Positions 50,982-62,835 of a DNA stretch of 64,000 bases are shown here, in pieces. Source of the DNA: Ostrea edulis (lineage: Eukaryota); NCBI RefSeq assembly GCF_947568905.1, contig NC_079170.1:78864001-78928000 (forward strand), written 5' to 3'. The translations under genes were made by a program, and so were the position numbers. Below the pieces are notes generated by a model. That model had not been told where the DNA came from, searched no databases, and saw nothing but the letters and a program-made list of their open reading frames with translations. The first letter of the stretch is position 1. Each line of letters begins with the position of its first letter.

Positions 50982-52472
50982 GGGTTGTGTGTATTTGTTT
51001 GAGGTGGATACAGAGATTAAAACGACTTAATGTTGGATTAACCAATTAGTATGGACATTTATAAAGATTTCAGTTAGAATGCTCGTGTTTGAATGGATGA
51101 AATCGGATTTATAAAGGATAATCTCCAATGAAATATTTTGTAACTATGTTAACACATTTTCAATAGAAATATATATCTGCCTGCGTCTATTATCGGTATA
51201 ATTTGGTAACCGGAAGCGTGTCTTTTATGTGCTGTTTAAAAAAAGAAATCGAAAATCTTGAAACAATGGATTTTCACTTGCCTTTGTCTTTAACTTTGCA
51301 ACACTTTAATAAGAGACAAAGCTATATGTAATGGGTGTCCAGTCTGATCCAGTTAAGAAGATAGAGATGAGAACAAAACACTACTGGATTTAAATGATAG
51401 GGTCAAGGTCACACTTCTTTCGATAGGAAATGCTAATCTGTTAGACATCCAGTTTAAAATACCTGTATTCTATAGCCTCTTTAATGATCCATCAGTATTC
51501 TACTGCAGGCTGTTTAATTTAGACACTGCACATTAATCAGACATACTTCTAGGATAACTAGGTTGCTTGGTTTTCTATTGTTTAATCTTTCACTCATATA
51601 GAGACGTCACCATTGTATTTATATTCAAAATATAAACTAGATGTAACTATCAAAATATATGGTTGACCCATTCGCTACTTTAAACGGAACAACCGATGCA
51701 CCCTTTGACCTTCAGGACGCTCCATATTTGGTAATGATTGCACAGACAAGTGGTACTCAACGACCGGATCGAACTAGTTTGCAACAAACATGCAATCATT
51801 GTCGCAGATGAAAGAAATGTCAATTTCAAAAGAAATATAAGAGAAAAGATTCAGTGAATGTAAATATTGCAACATACATCGATGTTTTCATTATGCTATC
51901 GCACGGAGAAATTAAAGTGTCAACTTTTATTAATAGGAATATGCTGGAATGTATATCTTTAAAATTGTGCCATCAAAATAAAAGGTAGATGTCTACAATG
52001 TTTTTACTAAGGTCTACGCCAGGTTGCGTAAGGAAAAGAGTACAAGTATAGTTCAAACGTGTATTATTCAGTGACCACGTGTTTCTTTGCTTTCAATATC
52101 CATACATTACATTTTACATCAAAAGAGGGTATTAATTTATACATCACGTGTCTTGTTTGTTATTGAATATATCCATGTGCATCACAGAAGCATGTGGGCT
52201 TTTATCCCGCTTCACTCTGATAACTGATATGACGGTTATAAAAGTGGTTTCTGGGTTGGATTTGTTTAATTGAAATAACAGTAGGCCCAATGGGCCACAT
52301 CGCTCACGTTGGCCCTGCTGTTGTTTACTTGTTGTAATTTTTAAAACATTGTTTTTTTTCAATGTTTATTCCTATGAAAAATTTGGAACCCATATCATTG
52401 TCCCAATCTAGCCCCAAAGATTGATGACAAAACCGAACTTGAATTCACATAATATGGGTATGCCTCAATACC

Positions 52473-52860
52473 GATGAAAGGTAAATATAACGAACAATGA
52501 TTAATCTTATAATTCCTGTAAACAATACAAAATAGAGAGTTGGGCAAACATGGACGCCTGGATATACCAAGGTGGGTCACGTGCCTTGTAGGAGTAAGCA
52601 CCCCTGTCGACCGGTTACACCCGCTGTGAGCCCTATATCTTGATCACATAAACGGAATTATTTGTAGTCAACATTAGTTTGACAAGAGCGGCCTAACAAT
52701 CGGCATAAGACAAGTCAGACAACATTTGACACAATGATAGGTTGTAGTGGCAAACAGGATTGTTATAACGACCGTAGAATTTGTGAAATGATGACTTTAA
52801 ACAAGATTGTTGAAACCCCTGTAACATCAACTTGTTTGTCAGTAGCCTGTCTCGATTTAA
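52473..52860 (-). mobile_element. Naiad-type PLE 3' end, between the caveolins
   Basis: Reverse complement of the RT C-terminus (LLTNKLMLQGFQQS.LKS.F.KFYGRYN) and the tail. Confidence 0.8.
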
Positions 52861-53724
52861 AACGATATGACTAACATGGACTTGCGGTTCTGGAAATAAA
52901 AATTGTGTGGATGTGAAACGGACTAGTATGCAACACTCAAGAGTTTGATATATCCTCACAACTGACTAAGTTCAACAACCTGTAATTTTCTTTAAAAGAT
53001 TAAATAAAATAAAAATTCTGGACACATGTACATCACCCATACAAATACCCTGTAACATAAGAAGGCCACTTGAAAACTGTGGGAGGAGTTAGGAGGACAA
53101 ATGATGTACCCTCCGTATAATTTCAAATTAAGAGGCAAAACTCCTGCAGTGGAGGTTGCCATGGATTAGAATTTCAACATGACCCAGAGTGACCGCAAAG
53201 AAGTCGCATAGCCATTTACATCAATAATACCAAATTAAAGGAATAAACAGCCTAAACGTGAAACGGTAGTATTTAGTTAATCCCCTTGGTGAAAAGATTA
53301 TGGGTGTGGATGAAAGAAAAAAGCCACAATGAAATGTTTTTCAACAAGCAAACTTAGACGGTTCCATCGTAATGTCATTACCCTAGTAAAGATTGTCAAA
53401 TTATTTAAAGTTCAGAGATCAGTTCAGAGAAATTCCAATATAGACACGCAACGCCATTTTTAACTTCCTTTTTTGGTGTACTCAATCGTACTTATCAACG
53501 TGAATGAAAGCGAATATATTTATTTTCCTAGACTCTTATCGAGAATTAGCACAAATAATCATAATTACTAGCCTATTGTGCAGAAATCTGCGGGGATTCA
53601 TCTCAAAAGTCAAGGAATGTCAAAAAAATTCCGGTAAACTAGCGAAACATGTCATTTAAGACGGAGGGCATATTAAGACGGGGCACATTAACTAAGTGAC
53701 AAGAAATGAAATACACAGCATCAA

Positions 53725-54475
53725 TGATGTTCATATGTTACAGTAAAAACATTTGACGTCACAGTACTACGGGCAGATGCTAATTCAGCGCGGATTGAAA
53801 AGATCTAAGCTTATCGCCGCGCACGGGCGGGGGCTTATTTTTTTTCCAGCGCGGACTCCTTTGTTACACTACATATACTTAATGATTCGTTATTGCGAAA
53901 GATGTACCTCTTATACCGTTATAACTAAATTGGACATGCATAATAATTACAACAAAACTGAAAATAAACGAACAATTCATACAAATATGCCGTGTTCTTG
54001 AAAAGTTAACAGTACAAACATGCTTTTTAAAATGAGTATGCGTGCCACATGCGTGGTTGAATTGAATTTTATAAAAGTCGATCTTGCGTATATATTTTGC
54101 GCCTCAAATGGAAGCTAAAAGTTGATTAAAATCAGGAACTGCAGTTTTCGCGGGCCTACAACTCGCTCATTGTTTTATGATCAGCTAGATGACTTATTAA
54201 AATTGATCTAATTATTATGTTATTATGTTCCCTTTGGTTTCACTCCCTTATATACATGTACCTCATGCTTTCGTTTGGAATACAATTTACCAAGTTTTAA
54301 ACATTACAATTCATTAATACAATAAGAGTAAAACCAAGTGGATTGAAAATCAACATAGAAATTGAAATTTCAATTCACAGTTTTTAAGGGCGATAAACGT
54401 AAATCTTTTCAATCCGCGCTGAGTTGGCATTGGCACGTCAAATGTTTTAGTTTTTACTGTAACAGATGAACATCA
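53725..54475. mobile_element. ~750-bp MITE with imperfect TIRs
   Basis: TGATGTTCAT.TGTTACAGTAAAAAC and CAGCGCGGATTGAAAAGAT.TA.G.TTATCGCC are inverted at the two ends. Confidence 0.55.
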
Positions 54476-54681
54476 CGAATGCTTTATATTTCTTTTGTCA
54501 CTTACTGTGTCCCCATCTTAGTAAAAGGCTATTTGGTCAGGGTGTCCATTGTTCACACAGAACATGTATATAATTTGAGCTCTAACTTGCTCTATATGAA
54601 ATTTATATCGGGACATATTCAAATATACATCTGTTATATTTAACTGCATCCGTGATCTGCACATTCTTCCCCTACAATTAT

Positions 54682-54883
54682 CCCGTGGGGATCCGGGTTA
54701 GAATAGGTCCTCAGTAACCCCTTGCTTCTCGTAAGAGACGAATAAATGGGGCGGTCCTTCGGATGAGAACGCAAAAACCGAGGTCCCGTGTCGCAGCAGG
54801 TGTGGCACGATATAGATTCCTCCCTGCTTAACGCCGTAAGCGCCGATCATATGCCTAAGTTTTGCAGCCCTTCACCGGCAACC
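54682..54883 (+). mobile_element. Same non-tRNA-head SINE family, 3' truncated
   Basis: Same head and body. Further partial copies lie at 18778-18865, 44513-44592 and 61140-61298. Confidence 0.8.
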
Positions 54884-55324
54884 AGGGATCATTTAAGCAC
54901 GTGAATTCCGATATATTTGCTATAATATTCGTTTTTGTAGCAAACGATTTATACTTGTTTGTATTTTTATTGTTTTGTTATCTAAACTGATACACATATA
55001 CACCAAGAGTCCATCAGAATTTATCTACAGGCATCGCCATCTAGCTCTCTTGTGTATGAAATCTTTTATCATAAGCAATGCTATTCTGAGTGAATGATCA
55101 CAATGGAATTGGCCGCTCAGTCTCCCCCACTTTTAATCATGCAAAAACATAAGGGTAAAGCATTCAGATGTTGCACAAAATAAATTTTTGATTTTGTATC
55201 AACAATCATATGAAGTCGTATTGATCATAGGTTCATTATTTGAATGTATTTTTAAATCTTGAAAACTATGTATTTGTTGTCATTTATTGCAATGTCAAGC
55301 TACCGTAACCCATGGTAACGCACA

Positions 55325-56376
55325 TTATGTTCTCTTGAAATGATGGAAAACGGTGCCCACAGCTTCCCAGTATGGAACACAGCAGCAATTCATGCAATCG
55401 GCAAACATCCTCTGGCACAGACCGCAGTTAATCTCGCAGATCTTCAGACATGGACTGATGAACCAGATGTGGAAGAACGCAATGATAGCAAACTCACACC
55501 CCCATTCAGCGGCAATCCAGCATCCGAGGTAGAAAGTCAGCAGCTTGTAGAGACATCCCTTCCACAAGTTGAAGCAGGTGTGGGACAGTTTGTAGGCACA
55601 GTCTATGCTGTGGGTCCCGTCTGGTTCTCCGATCACATCGTTGAAATGGAGAGTCTGTGTGTATAAAGATATGATTATCAAAACGGATTACACTATGGTA
55701 AATGGAAGTCTATTATTGCATGCTTTCAAATGATCATTTAATTAACGATATTACCTATTTATTTTTAAATGCCCTATGTTTTGCATTTGATATCTTTAGA
55801 ATTTGTATATACAATTTGTATTGATAGTCATTTCGTTAGGAATGCGCGGTAGATGTGAACAATGCGCGTATGAATCTCGATGAATGTAGTACGTTTAGGA
55901 CTTCCTACAGAAATGACAAGTGAATGTAAGTATAAAAAAAATGAATTTTACACATGAGGTTATGAATTTTGACCTTCACACCGCCGAACTGTTAACAGTT
56001 TCACGAAGAATGCCAGAGTGAAGCCTCGCACTAAAAAACCCGGAGTACTTTCAGAAATGAAATTTATTTCTTTAGAAGTCACTACTATGAAAACCGTTGC
56101 AAAACTATACGTTTCTCATACACATCAAATAATTACAATAGCTTTTTTTTGTTTTGCCTTGATCGTAATAGATTTCAAGACGTATTTGTTTTTATTATTA
56201 CCAAAAATACTAGTTCACCTTTTGTAATACTACCGTAAAAGATACGTTATCATTTTAATGATTTTTTTTTTTCATTTTACAAAATCACTACAAATGAAAT
56301 GGTTCCATACCCCAAGATGAGCGTTTAATCCATTAGGATCTCTGTTCTCCAAATCAACTTCTTCTGCTCCAGACAT
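55325..56376 (-). CDS. CAV: Caveolin (copy B), 131 aa
   Basis: Exon 1 56376-56311 and exon 2 55654-55325, phase-0 GT-AG intron. It differs from copy A at 4 of 131 residues (I/C, T/F, N/D, S/T). Confidence 0.93.
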
Positions 56377-57816
56377 TATGAGGTGCTGCTTGGTGGATGT
56401 GACTTTTGATAGTGCTTGTATGTGTTTGAAGTGATTTCGTACATGTAGTTAGTATTTAATGTGTATTTGTTTAGGGTAGTAACAGCGATTGTGCTGGATT
56501 AACAGATTGCTATAAACGATGTAAAATGGCAGAGAGAAAAGATTTTGTTAAAGTACTTCATTGTACCAAACCAAATACATGTAATCGGATCAAATTTGAC
56601 TAATCTGTCAAGAAGAAAATTTCGCAACTATTTTATTGAAGTATTTTCACCATAGAAATGTATCAAACAGTATTAAAGTCCGCCAGATTTGTTTGTGATG
56701 CGACAGGCGGTTACACACAATACGCAAGTTCCGAGTTACCCAAAAGTTATTTCCCTTTGTCGAACTCTTTCGCATTTTATGACGTATGGTGGGTAAACAA
56801 TGTATACATTATATCGTAGACTGGCATTGCACATAACGATTACGTACGATTAATGTAATAAAAGCGTAACTTTTGTTTATATCAATCACTGATATGCATA
56901 TTCTGGCCATATCAAGCATAATTTGTTTGAATAAGATCATCAAATTGACTATTGAATCATTATTCGTTTCCTCTTCTACATATCTTTTATCAAAGAAAGA
57001 TGGCAATTAACAATATTTGTTTGAGCCAATTTGTTATCCAATACTCATCAACTCACTAAAGTTGCCTTTTCCCTGAGATAGGATGGTCTCTGAATATCAT
57101 CTTTTAAGAAATAATACAACGATAGTAATTAGCAAATGTACCCACTGTCATCATATTTTACGGAAGAGTTGGACAAAGGGAAATAACTATTGGGGAACTC
57201 GGAACTTCCCTATTCCGTGCATATTTTATGCCAGTAAATAACAAAAACGAAAATATAATCAGCGGCAACAAGAGCAACCTAAAATTAGGTTGATGGGGGT
57301 ATCTCTCATTTCTCAGAATATGTGCATGATAAATACCTATACCCGTACGATATCATGACTTCAGGTGAAAAGGAAAATCGCTTAAAGCCATATGAATGCG
57401 TCCAGTGTCCTTGACCATTGACCTGGAATCGAATAAGACCCCCCCCCCCTACATATGTAATTGGTTGATTATTGAGAGAGGGAAAGGAAATAAATGTATG
57501 AACTGTACGATAAACGGACGAATTTTAGGCGGGCGTGAATCTCCGAGGGAGTCCTTCTAGCTTGTTGTTACCGTCCCTGATACGCATGTCGTACCTGCAC
57601 TACCTGTTCGTTTTCCGAAGTTTGATAAATTCAACGTAGTCATTTTTCTTGTGTCGGTTAATTAAAATATTGAGAATCAAACATGTTAAAGCTCAATTTT
57701 AATTTGTATGAATGATGACGTTAGCCATTGAAATTTGAGGCAGAATAATCTTTATCACAATCATAGTTACTGCGTAAAGTTTCTTGTACCCATTTGACTG
57801 TCATCGTCGGATACAC

Positions 57817-59048
57817 GGGTACCTGTAAAGTACGAAACGAAACCCATCGAAACGAAATTAAATCTTCCGAAACGAAACGAAACAGATTGTATAACCGAAC
57901 TCTTTTAATTATAATGATTAAAAATGGTATCTTAGACCCCTGTGAAAGTTACTACGTATAAATAAAATTCGCCTCCCCTTCGATGTAGGCTTTCAGCTTG
58001 ACTGATACAAAGCTTTAAAAGATAGAGGGGGGGGGGGGGTGAGTAAGCACAAAATACATATCCGAAGTTGATTAAATACCATGTGCAATTAGTTTCGGAT
58101 CCATAAATTTCAGAACGGAGGGTTACAGTCTCAAGAGGTCTGGGAAAACACACTAGACGAGGGGTGGGGTCGCGACGTTGGGTCCGCCTTAGGGCATAGA
58201 TACATTGTTTGAAGAAGCTAATGTCTGAGAAAGTTGAAAGCAGGATGAGCTCTTAACCTCTTATTTTATCTCTAACTGCTGAGGTGCGAGTACTTTCAAT
58301 AATGGAAAAAAATTAAATAGTATACCATTTTATATGAATGCAATTCGGTAAGATATATATACATGCATTATTGAAAATTATTATTGATATAGTGAGTCTA
58401 AAGATAACCCTAAACATTTGGGGTGTTGCTAAGTCGGGGAATTGAAAGCGGGACGGAAAACGGAATTTTTTATTGCAATAATATTAGGAGAAGGTCAGCA
58501 TTTTGTAAAATCAAAAGACTTATGAACAAGGGAGGCAGAACTTACAAAGAGAACGGGAGGACATACTCAGAATCCACCGTTTGATATACTACATACAAAT
58601 ATACAATATCCACATGTATACATAGATTTGTCTTTAGATCAAAACTTACTGAAACATGTGTTTATGCCCAAAGGCGGATCGAACGCCGACGACCCCACCC
58701 CTCGTCTAGTGTGTTTCCCCAGACCTCCGAGACTGTAACCCTCCGTTCTGAAATTTATGAATCCGAAACTAATTCCACATGGTATGTAATCAATTGCAGA
58801 TATGTACTTTGTGCTTATTCACCCCCTTTCCAACTTTTAAAACTTTGTATCAGTCAAGCCGATAGCCTACATCAAAGGGGAGGCGAATTTTATTTATATG
58901 TAGTAACTTTCACAGGGGCCTAAAATACCATTTTTAATCATTATAATTAAAAGAGTTCGGTTATACAATCTGTTTCATTTCGGTAGATTTATATATATAT
59001 AGTTTCGTTTCGGTAGATTTCGTTTCGTATCGAACTTTACAGGTATCC
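57817..59048. mobile_element. Second copy of the MULE-like element, in opposite orientation
   Basis: Same TIRs, with the interior reverse-complementary to 46472-47671. The flanks TCGGATACAC and TCGGATACCC form a 10-bp TSD with one mismatch. Confidence 0.85.
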
Positions 59049-59508
59049 TCGGATACCCACGGCTGATCTCGTCTTTGCTCATCATGGTGAGTGCAGGACT
59101 AGATCAGCCGTGGGTATCCGACGATGTGTAACTGTGAAACTTACAGTTTTGAAGATTTTGAAATATATACCTTATCTATAAAATATTGATATTTTAAGTC
59201 AATTAATTAAGGATGATAATAGATTATAGATACGATTTAAAGTATCAGTAAATTATTTGTGTACCCGTAATTTGAATAATTCAAGAATATATGCAATATT
59301 TGATTTTTGATATACATTTTGTGTTTGATGGTCAAGGAAACCAATATCTCTATATCGTTACAGCCGCTATCAACAACACGTGGCCTGATTGAAATCTTCG
59401 GAAACCATGGGGCGGGTGTGTATTATTTGCCGGCCTTTATTCTATGTTGCAAGCAATGTTGAGCTAATAATTAGATACAGCTCAGATCAATCTAATTTAT
59501 TTTGCTTT

Positions 59509-59712
59509 TTGAGATGGTCTTCACTTTCTTGCATTGGCGGCCGAACGTTGACAAGGCTGTGTGTATTTGTTTGGGGTGGATACCGAGAATAAGCAGATTT
59601 ATTGTGGAGTTACCCTACTGATGTATATAATATACAATAATAGGTTTTAGCAGAACGATTTGATGTTGATCTCTTTTTTGTATTGGAGAAATCGGATCAG
59701 GTTTGACTAATC
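59509..59712 (-). promoter_or_regulatory. Orphan third copy of the caveolin promoter/5' leader
   Basis: GTATCCACCCCAAACAAATACACACAGCCTTGTCAACGT...AAGACCATCTCAA matches the copy A leader (GTATCCACCTCAAACAAATACACACAACCCATGTCAACGT...AAGACCGTCTCAA). On the plus strand, AATCGGATCAGGTTTGACTAATC (59690-59712) matches AATCGGATCAAATTTGACTAATC upstream of copy B (about 56583-56605). Confidence 0.7.
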
Positions 59713-60059
59713 CCTGAAACGTTAAACGTGTACGGTCATTTCATTTTATTTTGATCAGACCCCTTGTTAAGGATCGCCAACACAAGGCGAATTTTGTGAA
59801 ATTCTTCTTGGGGTTTGACCAAACTGGGTGAAGTTTTGTTCAATCTGTAGTCTCTCGAATATAATTGCAGTGATATGTGTAAATGAAGAACCTTTTAATA
59901 GAAACAGAGATAACCCGAAACTAAAATGACATTGTTGGTTTGAGATTATGTACAGAACAGTCTCACACAGTAAACATTAGATTTATCGCTTATAAGGAAT
60001 TAAACGTACAGAATAGCGCTTTATTTTGACAACATGAAATTAAAATTTCACTATTTTAT

Positions 60060-60540
60060 TTTAAAATGTTTGCTTTAAATTTTTTTAATTCATTACTATA
60101 TGTTTTTATTTCTTTTTGTTTCTATTTCTTCTATTTCCATTGAATATTTTTGTTTCAAGAGTATTAAAATCAATATTTTTAATTTTGTTTAAAATTTTAT
60201 TCTAACATTTTCGTTTTAACGATTTGATTTTTCACATTTTTGTTTTATTAATTTTTGTTTCTTGTTGATAATTCTGATTTTATATCTTTGTTTTCACTGT
60301 TTTAATTTTGGATTTTTTTTGTTTTATTGATTTTAATATTTTTGTTTTTTGTTGATAATTATGGTTTTATATTTTCTTTTCACTGTTTTAATTTTGAATT
60401 TTTTTGTTTATTAATTTTAATATTTTTTGTTTTTTGTTTATAACTCTGAATTTATATCTTTGTTTTCATTGTTTTAATATTGGATTTTTTTTTTAGTTTC
60501 TGATGATAAGTTTTATTCTTGTTTCCTATTCCGATTTCTT
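60060..60540. repeat. T-rich low-complexity tract with three ~85-bp tandem units
   Basis: Units start TT(G)ATAA(T/C)T.TG..TTTATAT at about 60266, 60352 and 60437. Confidence 0.7.
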
Positions 60541-61228
60541 ATAAAAATATTTGTATAATGTTATTGTAATTGTGTGTGACTGTTTATGGCACCCATAAAC
60601 AGTCACACACATGTAATTTGGCGCGCATACTTCAATCATGCATTGTGGGAACATGGAAGGCTGCTGAGCTGCAGGGTGGACCACTCCTTGGCAAAATGGG
60701 GATTGCTAACTGATATCTATATTTTGTGCTGAAACGAGCAAATATACACCGATTTCCATAAATATTGTTGGGATAAAGTACGATTTATCATATATTGACC
60801 ATAATTTGCGACAAATACCCCAATATTTTATCATGTTTGAATTTTAGGTCATTTTATATAAAAATCGTTATGAATTTTTGTGTCAACCCCCTCCGCCCCA
60901 AACAATTTTAAATAAATATGACAAAGACTTATCTCTCTAATTATTTTTTAAAGATTTCAATGACTTTACATCTTGCACATGCGCCGAAGCTTTAACGAGC
61001 TGTTCACGTGACTGAGATAAACATGACAAATACTAGATATTCGTAACTTCATCTAAAGAATGAACATCTGCAGAGTGGCATGAATTTTGATGATACAACA
61101 ACAGATGCATGACGTGTAAATTTTATTAAAATTGCAGAATTCGTTTGAGGAGGTGTGGCATGATAAAAAACCCTCCCTGCTCAAAAGCCATAAGCGACGA
61201 GCATAGGGCTAAATTTTGCAGCCCTTCA

Positions 61229-61260
<32 letters not shown>

Positions 61261-61867
61261 TATTCTCGAGAGGGACGTTAAACAATATTTAATCAATCTG
61301 ATATCGTTTGTTTTTCAGCGGTGGTAAGCAATCTGTAGCGTCATAGTGTAATATATACAAAGATATACCAATCAGCCAGTATTTATATCAACATATGGAC
61401 ATCACGTGTAAGGATTTATAGGAAACGCCTACTAAGAAACATGACTCACAAGCAAGTTGTTCATCATATATCATAACTTGGGATATTATCGTTATGCTTG
61501 AATTGAAACAAATACGCGTACAACTGCCATTTCAAAAGACGAAATCAATAAAAATCATGCTCCAGTTTTCAGCACATTTGATATCCCAGTCAATGGGACT
61601 GATGAATATGAGATACGGCACCTATACTTGATTCTTAAACTACGCAAAAACCCATACAACGATACATTGCTGGATCAAGTAAATATAAAAAGTCCTTATG
61701 TTTGCTTCTCACGAAAATATTAACAGCTGTGGATAATAAAATCCAAACGTATTGTGCCACAACATACGTGTATGCCGCCATGCTCATATAAATCAAATGT
61801 GGATTCTACAGAAATTCTAAAGAACGTTTAGTAAATTATGACATCACACCTTTCTCAAATAAACTTG

Positions 61868-62124
61868 GATATCCGGGTTAGAATAGGTCCTCAGTACCCC
61901 TTGCTTGTCGTAAGAGGCGATTAAATGGGGCGGTCCTTCGGATGATACCGCAAAAACCGATATCCTGTGGCACAGCTGGTGTGGCACGATAAAGATCCCT
62001 CCCTGCTCTATGGCCATAAGCACCGAGCTTAGGCCTAAATTTTGCGGTCCTTCACCGGCAGTGGTGACGTCTCCATATGAATGAAATATTCTCGAGAGGG
62101 AAGTTAAACAATATTCAATCAATC
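61868..62124 (+). mobile_element. Same non-tRNA-head SINE family
   Basis: Near-identical to 62571-62835 and inserted in the PLE RT just before YDFSTLY. Confidence 0.85.
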
Positions 62125-62570
62125 ATCAAAATATATGACTTTTCAACACTTTACATGTAGCAATATTCACGATAAATTCAAGACCAAACTTTGTGATATC
62201 ATAGAAAATTGCTTCTTTTAACAAAAATGGAAAACGAAATATTCTTATATAGTTATGAGTCATTAAAAATACTTTCTTAAACGTCACTCTAATTCCACGT
62301 ATGAGTACTTTGGGGTTGATGTTAAAGCGATGCTGGAGTTCTTCATTGACAATATTTCGGTAGTCGTTGGAGATCAGATCTTCCAACAGTCTTTTGGAAT
62401 TCCTATGGGTACGAATTGTTGTTCTTTACTAGCTGATCTATAGTTATATTCTCACGAGGCAGAATTTAATAAAAAGAAACCTGCATTAGAAGAAAATATC
62501 TCCTGTTGCCCTGAATTCAATATTTAGATATATCGACGATATTTTATCTATTATTATTGATAAATTTAAT

Positions 62571-62835
62571 CCCGTGGGAATCCGGGTTAGAACAGGTCCT
62601 CAGTACCCCTTGCTTGTCGTAAGAGGCGACTAAATGGGGCGGGCCTTCGGATGAGACCGCAAAAATCGAAGTCCCGTGTTACAGCAGGTGTGGCACGATA
62701 AAAAACCCTCCCTGCTCAATGACCATAAGCACCGAGCATAGGACTAAATTTTGCAGCCCTCAACGGCAGTGGTGACGTTTCCATATGAGTGAAATATTCT
62801 CGAGAGGGATGTAAACAATATACAATCAATCAATC
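62571..62835 (+). mobile_element. SINE-like element with non-tRNA head, V-domain-like body and (CAAT)n tail
   Basis: CCCGTGGGAATCCGGGTTAGAACAGGTCCTCAGTACCCCTTGCTTGTCGTAAGAGGCGACTAAATGGGG head, then CTTCGGATGAGACCGCAAAAA body and (CAAT)n tail. It is inserted in the PLE RT. Confidence 0.85.

Noticed and set aside
62571-62640. Canonical HDV, twister or hammerhead ribozyme in the SINE head
   Set aside because: GGGGAUC can pair with a distant GAUCCCU and UAA/GAGG recalls twister L1, but the required element order (P1', P1.1, P2') could not be satisfied. It is kept only as an unclassified structure.
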